The notes under the pieces are model-generated. The model ran no database searches. It had not been told where the DNA came from and worked only from the letters and a program-made list of their open reading frames with translations. Below, piece by piece: positions 1 to 13,416 of a DNA stretch of 64,000 nucleotides. The position numbers and the translations under genes were made by a program. How positions within the stretch are numbered: the first letter of the stretch is position 1; the number at the start of each line of letters is the position of its first letter. Source of the DNA: Octopus vulgaris (taxonomy: Eukaryota); the NCBI GenBank assembly GCA_951406725.2, contig OX597836.1:18848001-18912000 (forward strand), in the 5' to 3' direction.

Positions 1-296
1 AAGTTCGTGTTGGTGTTATGCCTAGGGTGCCATATATTTGGTTTTGTACTTAGTGTTGTACTAGTGAATGTCTAAAAAAAACCATACGAAAATTATGTTT
101 GTTTTAAAACTTGAGATTACTTAGAATTATTATTATTATTATTATTACTTTTTTTTCTTCTTTCAAATTTGCTTCCATTTCTTTCCGAGTGTCTTCCCGA
201 CTCCTAGGGCAAAGAAACTCATAGTATACATTGGTAGGCCATTAAACCAAACTCAATAGTTCGTTCATTTAAAAAAAATTATTTTTTTTGTTAATA

Positions 297-357
<61 letters not shown>

Positions 358-567
358 TACTACTACTTTTATTTTGTCTCCTATATAAAAATTTAATTTT
401 TATTACGTTTTTGTGTCTGTGGGTGTGCGTGTGTGTGTACGTATTTGTGTACCTGCTTTTTTCTTAATCTCATATATCGCAGTTGTAATTTATATTCACA
501 AAAATATTGAGAGAGATGGTGTTGATTGACCTTAGTCTATTGGAGAGTGTAACGATTCTACTAATCT

Positions 568-1066
<499 letters not shown>

Positions 1067-1079
1067 TGTGAGAAGAAAA

Positions 1080-1700
1080 TACCATTAGAAAGAATTAACG
1101 GTTATAAATGAAGGAATTACAAAAACTGCATTAGAAAAGTATATTAAAGCAAACATTTTAAAGATTTCAGTAAAATAACACAAAAATGAAATCTAGTGAA
1201 GTGGAATGGAAAGATGGCGATATTTATTAGATAAAATCAGAAAAAATCAGGTTATTTTAACCAATATTGAGACAAAAGTCATAAGAATAGATATGTCTGA
1301 TATTTCTAAAAGTTTAAATTCTAGTGTGAAATATCTGTGAACAGCATTTATCTACTTGAGAGTCTTTGACGCCAAATTCCACTTAGGGTAAATATAACTC
1401 CGAGGGGTTTCCAAAAAGATCGAAAAAATTCAAAGTAGTTTAAAAATAACGAAGAATTTTCTGTGTCACAAAATTCCACTAATAAAACTGCAGAATTACG
1501 ATCAGTACCAATATTGTCCTTATAGGAAACCTCATAAAATGTTGGTATATATTAATAAATTGTCTAACTACAAGCTGACACACGCACTCTTAAAGAATAT
1601 AGTCAATATCATTAATCGCATTTCTCGAGAGATGAAGGAATTTTATTCATACAGCTCTGTAGTATAAGAAAGCTGTAAAAGAGTAGGGATCTTTTCTAAG
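1080..1700 (+). mobile_element. Degenerate Penelope-like (Naiad-type) RT fragment
   Basis: Frame near 1495-1635 reads YCPYRKPHKMLVYINKLSNYKLTHALLKNIVNIINRISRE, matching the PY.KP..YIN..SN motif of the copies at 5231 and 32926. Many stops. Confidence 0.55.
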
Positions 1701-1732
1701 AAATACAGTATATATTATTCAGTATATATGTG

Positions 1733-2078
1733 AAGGTGCATGGCTCAGTGGTTAAGGCGTCGAGATCACAATCATGAAATAGTGAGTTCGATTCCCGGGC
1801 CGGGCTGTGTGCTATGTTCTTGCGCAAAACACTTTATTTCACGTTGCTCCAGTTCACTCAGCTGTAGAAATGAGTGCGACGTCACTAGTGCCAAGCCAAG
1901 CCAAACTGTATCGGCCTTTGCCTTTCCCTTGGATAACATCGGTGGCCTGGAGAAGGTAGGCTGGTATGCATGGGCAACTGCTGGTCTTCCATAAACAATC
2001 TTGCCTGGACTTGTGCTTATAAGGGGAACTTTCTAGGAGTAATCCCATGGTCACTTATGAACGAAGGAGTCTTTACCC
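1733..2078 (+). mobile_element. tRNA-derived SINE (Meta/V-like central domain)
   Basis: Pol III A box TGGCTCAGTGG, B box GTTCGATTCC, then ttcttgcgcaaaacactttatttcacgttgctccagttcactcagctgt...aatgagt. Confidence 0.75.
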
Positions 2079-3244
2079 TATCATACAAACACATTGCTAT
2101 CTGAATGAACACATCTGTCACCCTAGATGGATTCCAGTATCGCCAAAACTTTCATAAACTTGATACAGAGTCACTCCTAAATTGATCGTAAGTGTGACAT
2201 TTTTCTATATGACTAAGTGTTAACTATATCTGTCCTGATATCAAGCAGCATCAGGAATTTAATTCCCGGCATCAAGAAAAGAAATGACAGAAACTGCCGC
2301 AGGTATAGTTTGTCTGTTAACATTTAATCGTGTCAAAATTAACTTATACTTTCTCGACCATAAATGGCTTAATAAAGAATTGATGTACTGCGCCAAAACT
2401 GAAGTTGGCAGACCAGAGCCAACGGTCTTTTTCAAACTTAATAAAATATCTCTTTGCGTGCAGATATATATATGCAGCACACAACATTAATTTCATTTAA
2501 ACACCCCAAAAGCGAAAAAACACAGCTTCCCTATCGCAACTTGTTTGGTGACTAAAAAATTAGAAACATTACACATTATACAAACTGCCAGGGTAAGAAC
2601 TTGCTTAGTCATGTTCTGAAGGAGCTGAATCATTCCCTTTATAGCGCTTTTTTCATGCTAATGATTGGTGGGGAGTTGTCTCCAACAGTTTCAAATGTTT
2701 TCCGTTACCATCACTTTCCCTCGTAACAAGACGATTGAACGGTGCAGCTACTACTTCGAGTACTGGCGTTTGCTGCTTTTGCAATTACTATGGAGACATC
2801 TCATTCTCTATCTCTCCTTCTGTATACTTGTGTGATTGTGGTATTAGGGGTGAGACTATTTCCTTCGACCATTCTTGTTTTGGGAACTTAGTATATTCCG
2901 GGACGTGCCGATAATTGTGTTGTTGTTCTGTTTTGTTTTTTGGTCCCTGCTAGTCCCTTTGGCTTAGAAGTCTTCACAGGTAGCATCTGAGCTTCCTGCA
3001 CCGTATTATTAGTTTCTTTTCATTTCCTTTAGTACCAGCTACTGTAAACAACTCTAGTATGGCCTATGGGCATCGGGTGTTGTGGCAATCTGTATGTTCA
3101 TTGATACCCCAACCGAATACATGTCCTTATCTTATCCCATTCCAAGTGTTCGGACATGTCAATGATTGTTTGGTCAGTTTCGCTCGGGAGTTGTTTGTTT
3201 TGTAGACTTCTCTCAATTTGGGCAGCCAAGTTCTGTCAATATTG

Positions 3245-4025
3245 AGCTTCTGAAAACCGTAGTTGAGGAAACCCCAAAGCTAACTGCACAAGAATTAACA
3301 AACCGGTTCAGTTGAAGTCAAATTTCAATCGTAAGACACTTTCATGAACTAGAAAATGTGTCTAAACTCAGTCACTGGGTCCCTTATCAATCTAACTGCT
3401 TCTCAGTTTAATCAAGGTGTTTTCTTCTCTTCATTAAAGAGTAGATTTGTTGCCGAGCTTTTCCTGGGCTTTCTATAATATATCCAACGAAAATGACAAA
3501 GCGTAGCACCCAATGAACGGTAGGACTCCAGTCGAAAAATGTGTTTAGAAAGAGATGAAGAGTGTTGTCTATCAGGCAGTGTTAAACCAAAACGAAAGAG
3601 TTAAGTATTGTCATGAATTGGAAGCACTGCGAAAAAATTTGCAAAGAGTGCGCCTATCATTGGTCAGTCGTAAAAAGGTGTTGTTCTCACACGATAATGC
3701 AAAGCTATATATTACTGTTGTCACTCACGGAAAGGTTATGGCACTAAATATGAAAGCTTCGCATCATCCTTCTTGCTCTCCTGACCTTGCTCCATCTGTT
3801 AGCCTTTTCTATCGTTTCAACATTATTTACAGGGAAAACGATTTTTAATTCTGGAGAGGTTAAAAATGATATCAAGTTTTTGCTTCGAAACCTGAAGAAT
3901 TTTGCGCCCGAGGGATCAACAGTTTGCCAAATAGATGGGATTATGTTATGAATAACGAGGGGAAATATCTTAATTAAGTATATCAATTAAGAACAAATGG
4001 ACATATTTCCTGTCATCGTGAAATA
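3245..4025 (+). mobile_element. Mariner (Tc1/mariner DD34D) transposase pseudogene
   Basis: LLKTVVEETPKLTAQEL...SKLSHWVPY (WVPHEL motif), then RKKVLFSHDNAK and HHPSCSPDLAPS (HDNA and YSPDLAP motifs). Stops and frameshifts present. Confidence 0.85.
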
Positions 4026-4079
4026 CGACAGGACTTCTTTCGCAATCTTAATATTTATCCTAAATCGTAAACATCACTC

Positions 4080-4490
4080 TCCTTTCTCCCTTCTCTTTCC
4101 GTATCCTCTCTCTCTCCCGTTTCACACTCTCTCTCTCTCTCTCTCTTCTGTCTTCTTTCTCTCCTACTCTCTCTTTTTTCTCTCTCTCTCTCTTCTGTCT
4201 TCTTTCTCTCCTACTCTCTCTTTTTTCTCTCTCTCTCTCTTCTGTCTTCTTTCTCTCCTACTCTCTCTTTTCTCACTCTTTCTCTCTCTCTCCTTTCTCT
4301 CCTACTCTCTCTTTTCTCTCTCTCTCACTCTCTTCTGTCTTCTTTCTCTCCTACTCTCTCTTTTTTCTCTCTCTCTCTCTTCTGTCTTCTTTCTCTCCTA
4401 CTCTCTCTTTTCTCTCTTTCTCTCTCTCTCTTTCTCTCATTTACCCTCCCTCTTCCCTCTCTCTCTCTCTCATCTCTCTCCCCTATCCTT
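4080..4490 (+). repeat. Polypyrimidine (CT)-rich minisatellite
   Basis: Recurrent unit ctctcttctgtcttctttctctcctactctctctttt embedded in (CT)n, ending about 130 bp upstream of exon A. Confidence 0.8.
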
Positions 4491-4618
4491 CTAAGCCATT
4501 CTCTTCAAACTTATTTAATTTCCCCCACCTCAGCACTAACCCTAGCATCACCATCGCTTGTTTTTCAACTATTTTCTCCTCTTTCAGTAAATATTTCTGT
4601 GTTTTTCTTCTTATGCAG

Positions 4619-4741
4619 GCCACAGCGTTTCTTCTCGATAAACTTCACATTATTCTCGCCAAATCTCCAAAGGAAGAAATCAAGTCTGAAGTACTTCCCA
4701 TGGTCTTCAACACACTGGATTCTAATTCCCTACAGGGCCAG
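4619..4741 (+). CDS. SCYL2: SCY1-like pseudokinase 2 (SCYL2-like), internal exon A, HEAT-repeat region
   Basis: Acceptor ttcttatgcAG (4617-18), donor GTatgg (4742). 123 nt, phase 0-0. Encodes ATAFLLDKLHIILAKSPKEEIKSEVLPMVFNTLDSNSLQGQ, resembling the SCYL2 segment recalled as LLLTKTPPDEIKNSVLPMVYRALE...Q. Confidence 0.88.
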
Positions 4742-4962
4742 GTATGGACCAATATCGATATCATTCAATCTTTTAGCATTTGTCTTTTATATTTTCCTTG
4801 CTTTAGTCATTGGGCAGCCGCAGTTAATAAACCACGCAGCCATTACTCAGAGTGTCACATACACGAAAGTACAAAACGATTCGATCAGGTATTTGACTTC
4901 TGATTGAACATATACACATATATATATATGTGTGTGTGTGTGTGTGTATGTGTGTGTGTATG

Positions 4963-5002
<40 letters not shown>

Positions 5003-5155
5003 CCATGTGTGACAAGAAAGATATGCAACGATTATCGAATTTTTAGAGAAACTTAAAGTCCTGAATGTAAATCTCTATTCTTCTCTATGCATGTAATATA
5101 TTTGTGTTTTTATTGTCAAAGTTTTCGAGGCATCCCACTACACGCACGTGCGCGC

Positions 5156-5230
<75 letters not shown>

Positions 5231-5232
<2 letters not shown>

Positions 5233-5447
5233 TAGCGGACAGGCTAGATATTCTAATTGAGACACTTTTTATTAGGTTGTCTAATATATTTTTGGGGTGG
5301 TTGGAATTAATGTCTATATATCTAAGGGATTCATTTGGTTTGTGGTACGGGTAATAAAGTGAGGTTTTTAAGTCGAGGGTAACGTCAAGGAAGTTAGCTT
5401 TGGTTAAGTTGGATTCTAAGGTAATCCTAAGGCCTAAGTTTTTAAAG

Positions 5448-5450
<3 letters not shown>
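5231..5450 (-). mobile_element. Penelope-like (Naiad-type) RT fragment inside a (TA)n array
   Basis: Open frame FFKNLGLRITLESNLTKANFLDVTLDLKTSLYYPYHKPNESLRYIDINSNHPKNILDNLIKSVSIRISSLSA (NFLDVT, PY.KP, SNHP). Bounded on both sides by (TA)n. Confidence 0.85.
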
Positions 5451-5522
<72 letters not shown>

Positions 5523-5559
5523 TATATAATTTACATCTAATATAGAAATAAAATTTTTC

Positions 5560-6095
5560 GAAAAAAATTCTCTCGATGGTCAGCATTAAGTTTGAATTTT
5601 GGTCTTTCCATTAAGTATAAGGAGATGCTGCAATTTGTTCTTCCACACTTTGTCACAGTTGGGTTGGGGATTTGCTTATATTTTCGTTCCAGTGAGGATT
5701 CGTTTGAACGTTTTGGGCTACCTTTTGCTTTTGATGATTTGGTATGTTTCCATATTTTTTTTTTTTTCATTTTTTCATCTTCAAGTACAATGGGGAGGGT
5801 TTTTTGAATGAGGTCAAATATTTCAGTATTTCTGGGATTGAAGGTTGACACATATGGTAAAATATTTTTCTTTGTTTTGATTTTCATTTTCCTTAGTTCC
5901 TGGATATCAACATGTTTTGCTCTGTCCATTCCATTGGTGATTACGCTCAGTGGGAATGCCCTTCGCATGAATATGTTTTTAAGTTCTTCCCGTCTTTGTT
6001 CAGGCTTAGAAGGGTTTGACACTATTGTACAAATTCGTTTTGCCTCATTAAACGGAATATTCAGTTTGGTGCGTTTAGGATGGGATGATGTGAAC
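5560..6095 (-). mobile_element. Penelope-like element fragment (RT thumb/linker, a different PLE lineage)
   Basis: SSHPKRTKLNIPFNEAKRICTIVSN...ILPYVSTFNP...KCGRTNCS: SxHP..IP....R...I.S thumb motif and the start of the Zn-finger linker. Confidence 0.75.
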
Positions 6096-6478
6096 AAGAT
6101 ACACACACACAGATATAGCTACATATATATATATATGTGTGTGTGAGTGTGTGTGTGTGTGTTTGTGTGTACACACATATACATATACAAATATAAATAT
6201 ACATATGTATGTATGTATATATGTATATATATATAACAGGTATTGAGTACATTTTCATACACATGAGAATATATATAAACATATATATATGCGTATATGA
6301 GTGTGTTCCACTTCTACACTTTTCCTATAATCTGTGTTTCTTCTCTCTTACAACACCACCACCATCATCATCAACATTATCACCACCAACACCACCACCA
6401 CCACCACCACTCTCATAACAACGTTGGATAACAATTATGATGTCGCGACACAACTACTATGACGACTACCACCGCCAG

Positions 6479-6592
6479 GAAGCAGCACTGAACACTATCG
6501 CCGTCATCAAAGAATACGTGGATGACCAGGTGATTAAGAAGATTGTGCTACCGAGAGCGAAGAACCTGTTCGCGAGATCAAGCAACGTTAAA
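6479..6592 (+). CDS. SCYL2: SCYL2-like internal exon B
   Basis: ccgccAG acceptor, GTaagt donor (6593). 114 nt, phase 0-0. Encodes EAALNTIAVIKEYVDDQVIKKIVLPRAKNLFARSSNVK, in frame with exon A and collinear with SCYL2. Confidence 0.86.
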
Positions 6593-6776
6593 GTAAGTCA
6601 AGTGCACCTACCTATCTCTGTTTTCGTTTTCTTCTTTGTTTTTCATAAATTTCTTTTTTGTAGCCAACATGGAGATTCTGATGTGCCATATTTCGTATTT
6701 AGTTGTATATAATGCGAGAAATTTTAAGGAAAATATCAATGTAACACTGGTGGAAAAAAAGGGGGCTGTATCATCA

Positions 6777-6986
6777 CGAGGGTCGCTGAAAAGTTCCTGG
6801 CTTTGGGTAAAAGAAAATACAGCAGGATCAGTTTGTTTTATTGAACATATTCCCCTCTCAGATTCACACGCTTATTGCAGAGGTCCTTCAGTTTTTCTAA
6901 GGCCTGTGAAAGAACTCCAAAGGTTGGGCCTCCCGCCAGGCCTTTCACGATATCCTTAAAGCCTGGAAATTTTCAGCACCTCCTCG
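6777..6986. mobile_element. Mariner-derived MITE (~210 bp)
   Basis: Imperfect ~28-bp TIRs cgagggtcgctgaaaagttcctggcttt / aaagcctggaaattttcagcacctcctcg. Flanks are CA and TA (TA target site, one side mutated). Confidence 0.8.
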
Positions 6987-7269
6987 TAACCAGAATCCTT
7001 TGTTATCAAGTATTTCAAAATCGACGTGGCTTGATTTCGTGAGAGCATCTATAGTGAGCAATTGCTCTTTGTGAAGTAGATAACGGCACTATTAAGCAGT
7101 TTAAAGATCACGTTGACGGCTCATACACCAGGCTTTTAATGTCTTGCCAAAACAACACATGACGTAAGCACAAGACTAAAGCGGAGGAGATTTACGAGGT
7201 GGTAACAAAGAGTTCCCGGACTAGTTATGTTTAATAAAATATAACTTATTTACCAAAGTTTTCACATCT

Positions 7270-7490
7270 ATCTATATATCTATCCGCTCAGTCGAAGTCG
7301 ACTCTCGTTTACTCGTTGGATCAGTGTCCTCCAGTCAGTTCTATCCTGGGCCGCTTCTTTCAGATTGGTTATGTCCATTCCGGTATCACTCTTGGTGGTG
7401 TCAAGCCAGCGGGTTCTTGGTCGGCCTCTTCTTCTCTTGCCACTGACCATTCCGAGCATGATGTCCTTCTCCGGGGATCTTCTCCTCATA
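7270..7490 (-). mobile_element. RTE (BovB-like) LINE 3' end, next to a mariner TIR remnant (7194-7268)
   Basis: EKDIMLGMVSGKRRRGRPRTRWLD...AQDRTDWR...SRLRLSG* followed by a short tandem tail. Confidence 0.85.
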
Positions 7491-8131
7491 ATACACCGCC
7501 CCCAGCATTCCTGCCAGAATTGTTTAAAATTTAATGAGTTGGAGACTTAATTTTGAGGTTAACTTCGAGCGTTGATTGAGATATACGCTTTTATAAATGG
7601 TGAAAATTTATGATAAATGAAACTACTTAAAGCTGCTGTGACTTTTAAAAAGCATCACAAAGAAATCAGTTTTGACGCGGTCTTAATCCTCGATCAAAAC
7701 GAAACCCCATTAGATAAATAATGAATTGAACTAAGGCAACTTATTTCTTCTTTCTAGACACTCACACCTATATTCCATGACTCAAGGTTGTGTGCGACAT
7801 TACATCCTCGGTCTTTCTTATATTTCTCCCTCTCTTTCTCTTGCCTTTTCTTTCTCTTACCCTCTATCTTGTCATTCTATCTCTTAACACACACTCTCTC
7901 TCTCTTAATACCATCTCTCTCTCTCTCTCTTAACACACACATTCTCTCTCTCTCTACACACACACTCTCCCCTTCTCTTCCTCCGTCTCTCTCTCTACAC
8001 ACTCTCCCCCTCTCTTACTCCGTCTCTCTCTCTCTTTCCTCCCTTCCCTTCCCGTTCTCTCTATAACGACGTTTGACAGCTTCTACTATCTTTCCCCCGC
8101 CGCCTTCGCCAGCGCTGTCACTCTTTCTGCC

Positions 8132-8194
<63 letters not shown>

Positions 8195-8953
8195 ACAGAA
8201 ATTATCTTAGACTCTCATGGTGTCTGAACATGAAAGTCTGAACACGCTAACATATACCATTGTCTTCCAAGCAGACGGTAGTGCTTCACATTTACTCATT
8301 CCAACAGACATTTGTTTTTCAGCCGAACTCTCTTACATCAAAGTTACATCTAAAACATCAAGAGATTTTCTTTTCCTAGAAACATATAAAATCTGACATT
8401 TATCATAAATATCAAACAAATTGGAAAGAAATTTCTAGTAAGACGCCTCAGAGCATCCACAGATTCAAACTTTCTGGAGTCACATCTGTATTTCTCAAAT
8501 GTTGCTCCAGTTTTCTTGGTTTCACCCCGGTCCTTTTTCGCTCAGTTACTTTCAAGTATGTAAGAGATTTATTGACCATGATGCCTTTACGTATAATTAG
8601 AATGTCGTTCTTCTCCTCACAAGTTGAAATCCGAAAATCTGTCGGTTTCCAGTATAGTATAAAAATATACGACATATATTTATGCATTGAGAGATCTCCG
8701 TTCCGGTTCTACAGACATGAGATTAGAATGTTCCAGGAAAGAATAGTAAGCTAGAATCTTCAAGCTGAGTCAACTGGGTGGAGACCTAAGAAACAAATGG
8801 TTGGATAATATTCTTGTTTCAAAGTTGGTCATGCTTGAGAATCCAGCTAGAAACTGTAATGAGGATTGCTTCTGATAGGATCTTATAGAGGAGGTGCCTG
8901 AGGACTCTATTCCGATATTACTCCCAGGAATGGGGGACGGAGATGATGGATGA

Positions 8954-8992
<39 letters not shown>

Positions 8993-9399
8993 CGTGATCA
9001 CCGTGACCGACCAGGCTATCAGATGTTGCTACACGTCGCTGGTCACAATGCGGCTTCGCATTGTTTTAGCTTTCAAATGACAGTGGGATTGTGGCTGGAA
9101 CCATATGGCTGGGAAGCAAGCTTCTTTATTTCATAACATTTGCCATAAAGGCAGTACATAGAGTAAGTTAGCTTTGCGGGCTGGACGAGGACATTAATGA
9201 AGTGAATGATAATGAAAGAAAGATGATGGGGACGGGAGAAGACAAAAAGCGCCCGCCGACTTCTGCTTCTCTAAAACATTGTTCTTTTAAAAACAAACAC
9301 AAAACGAGGTATTAAACCTCTTACAATTTTTACAACTCTTCAATTTTTGGACTTAACAGTCCATTATTAGTAACAACATAATTCAAGCTTCTTACCACA

Positions 9400-9620
9400 C
9401 AGCCACTCCGGCACCTATTAGTTCAGTTCTTTTTAATATTGATATAACTCTCCTTCAATATTCTATTTTTTTTTTTCATTTTCTCCTTTATTTCTCCATG
9501 GTGTAGCTTATCAGTTTCATCTACGTCCAAACATTTGTATTTGTTGTTCTGGTTTAACTCTCCGATTTCAGAATCTGCTTTAATGTTCACAATTTTAGTG
9601 AATATGCTTCTTTGTGTCAT
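9400..9620 (-). mobile_element. R4/Dong-like non-LTR retrotransposon fragment (post-RT region)
   Basis: IGELNQNNKYKCLDVDETDKLHHGEIKEKMKK resembles the YKYLG...I.H...KEK..KEY motif. Confidence 0.55.
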
Positions 9621-10184
9621 ATTTATTTCCCCCTTCTACTGTAGAAAACAGCTTTTTCTACTCAAAGTTTCATTACTTTGAACTGTGCAAAATAGTTTTA
9701 TACACCAATTTATACTGTGTTGAGGAATCTCATGATAGAAACTATTTTTTGTTGAGATATGTCAAGTTTATTGAGGCAACGTGTGTCGCAGAATTTACCA
9801 TGAAATTTAATTTCGTAATGGAAGATTTGATACCAAAATCGTTTTAAAATCTTGGTTGAATTTATAAACAATTTGTTGTGTAGTTTATTTTTAGTATGTA
9901 TTCTTTGTATGGAGTCTTCTGTTTCAATTTGGGAATAAATTGTTATTCTTTCCAATAAACCTCCGTACATACACAAATGTGTTCGCACATTGATGTTTTC
10001 TTTCGCGTCTTCGGAGAAACTTTGGGGTGGGGGCAGTTAGTCGATTGTATCAACTCCACTACTTGACAAATACTTCATTTCATTGATCTCCTCAGGGAGA
10101 AAAGGCTAGGTCAACCGTGGTTGGATATGAATGTAAAGAGCCGGGACAAATACAGCCAAGCGTATATTCCGACGCTCTAACACT

Positions 10185-10415
10185 TCTTATTTCTCTATTG
10201 CTCACAAGGGGCTAAACATAGAGGGGACAAACAAGGACAGACAAAGGGATTAAGTCGATTAGATCGACCCCAGTGCGTAACTGGTACTTAATTTATCGAC
10301 CCCGAAAGGATGAAAAGCAAAGTCGACCTCGGCGGAATTTGAACTCAGAACGTAGCGGCAAACGAAAAACCGCTAAGCATTTCGCCCGGCGTGCTAACGT
10401 TTCTGCCATCTCACC
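10185..10415 (-). mobile_element. tRNA-derived Nin-domain SINE (octopus OK-like)
   Basis: Reverse strand shows an A-box head, B box gttcaaattcc, and gtcgactttgcttttcatcctttcggggtcgataaattaagtaccag. Confidence 0.85.
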
Positions 10416-10436
10416 ACTTTTATTATGAGTATTAGA

Positions 10437-10815
10437 CACAAGTGTGGCAGTACGGTTAAGAACTATGCATCGCATCCACGGGATTTCTGGTTCAGTACCA
10501 CTGCGGGGCACCTTAGGCAAGTGTCTTCTACTATAGCAGAGATCGACCAATGCCTTGTGAGTGATAGAAACTACATAGAAGCCGGTTGTATACATAAGTA
10601 TGTATGTGTATCTTTGTCTTTGTGTTTGTACTCCGCCACCGTTCGACAGTTGGTATTGGTTTGCTTACATCTTCATAAGTTAGCTGTTCAACAAAAAGGA
10701 CCGATAAAATAAGTACCAGACTTTTTAAAAAATGAGTACTAGTGTCGAATTTTTCGACTAAAACCTTCAAGGTGGTGCCCCAGCAAGGGCCGCAACCAAA
10801 CGACCGAAACAGATA
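10437..10815 (+). mobile_element. tRNA/CORE-type SINE (octopus OR-like), diverged
   Basis: ggttcagtaccactgcggggcaccttaggcaagtgtcttctactatagc, with a 3' part homologous to the copies at 20424, 39661 and 54087. Confidence 0.8.
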
Positions 10816-10825
10816 GAAGAGAAAA

Positions 10826-10897
<72 letters not shown>

Positions 10898-11396
10898 TGT
10901 TGTTGTTGTTGTTGTTGTTGTTACTGGCGTTGCTGCTGCTGCTGCTGCTGCTGTTACAATTTAACTGATTCCGTGAAATGACAACGCATTTTCCTTCAGC
11001 TCTCGAAGAATTTGCAAATGGATTCTCGCACAATGGCAGTTTTTTTTTTTTGTTTCGTGTGTATATGTGTGTGTGTGTTGTGCGCGCGTTCGTATGAGTG
11101 CGTGCGTGTATCTGTGTGTGTGTGTGTGTGCGTGAGTGTGTTTGTATGTATGTGTGTGTGTATTTGAATGTGTGAATTTCCCCAACATTTCTCGATTCCA
11201 ATATCTTTTTTTTCATTTTTTTCTCTTCGACAGCTATTTTTGCTGTTTGTTCCCAGTATTTCTATGACAAGCTCTGAGAATAATTGTCTTTGAAATATCC
11301 ACGAATATTAGGTTTGCATATGCTACTCAATTCTCTGGTCAAATCCAGACACTTGCCTATATTCAACTGCTTCTCATATTTCAATATCACTTCTGC

Positions 11397-11438
11397 GATA
11401 GTAATAATAATAATAATAACAATAATAATAATAATAAC

Positions 11439-11500
<62 letters not shown>

Positions 11501-11517
11501 TGATGATGATGATGAGG

Positions 11518-11556
<39 letters not shown>

Positions 11557-11646
11557 GTAATAATAGTAATAGTAATAGTAATAGTAATAATAATAATAAT
11601 AATAATAATGATGATGATGATGATGATGATGATAATAATAATAATA

Positions 11647-11708
<62 letters not shown>

Positions 11709-11739
11709 AATGATGATGACGATGATGATGATGATGATG

Positions 11740-11787
<48 letters not shown>

Positions 11788-11817
11788 GTAATAATAGTAA
11801 TAATAATAATAATAATT
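11397..11817. repeat. Compound (AAT)n/(GAT)n microsatellite
   Basis: Directly visible; source of the poly-I/M/Y/H ORFs. Confidence 0.95.
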
Positions 11818-12104
11818 CTGCAACGAAATAGTCGAACACAATTCGACGAGATTTAGAAAAGCTTAGTTTTCTTGTGTCTCCTAATCCATACCGGATCTAT
11901 AATTGCTGCTACCATTTGGACATTTTACAAGATAATTCCAACATGATTCTTAGAATATATATGATTTTCAATAACAGCCCCCTGGATGTTGAAGATAGCA
12001 GGGGTTTTTTTTCCTTCTCTTCACTCAATATGTATTTCTAAAGTAAATTCCCAGTGTCATTATGGTTTCTGCTATAGCTTTTAAAATATTTTTCTCTGTA
12101 TAGA

Positions 12105-12248
12105 TGCAGTCGTAGCAGTGTAATAAAAAGAATGTTTTTCAACTCTGTGGTTTGGGGGTTCAGTCCCATTGCGCGGCACCTTCAGCAAATGTCTTCAGCT
12201 ATACCTTCGGGCCGACCAAAGCGTGTATTTGGTCGAGATAAATTCTGT

Positions 12249-12317
<69 letters not shown>

Positions 12318-12510
12318 TTCCGTACCACCGCTTCACAACTAGTGTTGGTTTGTTTACGTTCCCGTAACATAGCGGTTCGGTAAAAATAATTCAGTAGAAT
12401 AAGTACGTGGCTTTTGAAAAATATATAAGTTGTGAGGCTGATTTGTTCGACTAAACACTTCAACGCGATGCTCCAACATGGCCGCAATGTGACTGAGAGA
12501 TAAGAGATAA
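12105..12510 (+). mobile_element. OR-like CORE SINE, diverged, with internal (TG)n
   Basis: ggttcagtcccattgcgcggcaccttcagcaaatgtcttc ... gctccaacatggccgca. Confidence 0.75.
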
Positions 12511-12758
12511 AATAAACAAGAGATAAACGATATATGTGTACGCATGAGTATGTAAGTGCGTGTATCCATGCTTATACGTGCGTGTGTGTGTGTATGTGTG
12601 TATTTATAGGTGTACGTGTTTGTGTGTGTACCAGTCTGTCTCTGTATGTTCCACCACGCTGCACTAAAACACTTTTGCTGAAAATCAGTAACCAGTGGAC
12701 TGCGGCCATGCTAGAGCCAAATCCCTATATGCCGCCACCAATATACTTTTCTTTTTGA

Positions 12759-12988
12759 AAGCGGCGAGCTGGCAGAAACGTTAGCACGTCGGGCGAAATG
12801 CGTAGCCGCATTTCGTTTGTCGTTACGTTCCGAGTTCAAATTCCGTCGACGTCGACTTTGCCTTTCATCCTTTCGGGGTCGATAAATTAAGTACCAGTTT
12901 CGCACTGGGGTCGATGTAATCGACTTAATCCCTTTGTCTGTCCTTGTTTGTCCCCTCTATGTTTAGCCCCTTGTGGGTAGTAAAGAAC
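12759..12988 (+). mobile_element. Nin-domain SINE, full monomer with TSD
   Basis: A and B boxes plus Nin domain. Flanking direct repeat tatac(t/g)tttctttttga. Confidence 0.88.
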
Positions 12989-13416
12989 TATATACGTTTC
13001 TTTTTGACACTGTTTAGCCGCGAATTTGGAACCAAAGCCATGGCCTGCAGCTTCTTTGCAGTGACCTTGACTTTAAGAAACCTTCGAGTATCCATGAACT
13101 TCAAAAATCTTTCAATGTTCTTTACTTTCGCGAACATTCTGTCCCAGACCTTTATTGCTCTTCCACTGTGCTTCACTTTCAAAACTTTCCTTTGGACTTC
13201 ACCTTTACTGGTCATAAGAAACCACCAGTGTCTATGACCAGTCATGGGTAAACTGCGGCCCGTGGGGATTTTTGAATGACACGCTTAACGAAAAACTAAT
13301 TTGAAATTTTAGTTGTGTGGCCACCTGATTATAAGCTATGTCTCGTGCGACCCGCTTCCCGAGAAACTTTGTTCAAGCTAGATGTAAAGCTTCCACTGTA
13401 TTTGTTTTATTTTGTG

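Noticed and set aside
1733-1810. tRNA gene (also the heads at 12759, 30740 and similar)
   Set aside because: A and B boxes are present but continue into SINE bodies; no complete cloverleaf.
4581-4590. Alternative acceptor ctttcAG 31 nt upstream of exon A
   Set aside because: It would add an immediate in-frame TAA and shift the frame; no evidence of use from sequence alone.
8895-8945. Hammerhead-like CUGAGGA plus a 9-bp hairpin
   Set aside because: GAAA, stem III and stem I are missing; at best a truncated relic.
11284-11856. Poly-I/M/Y/H/L/S ORFs (also those over (GATA)n, (TA)n, (CA)n and (GA)n elsewhere)
   Set aside because: Microsatellite artefacts.
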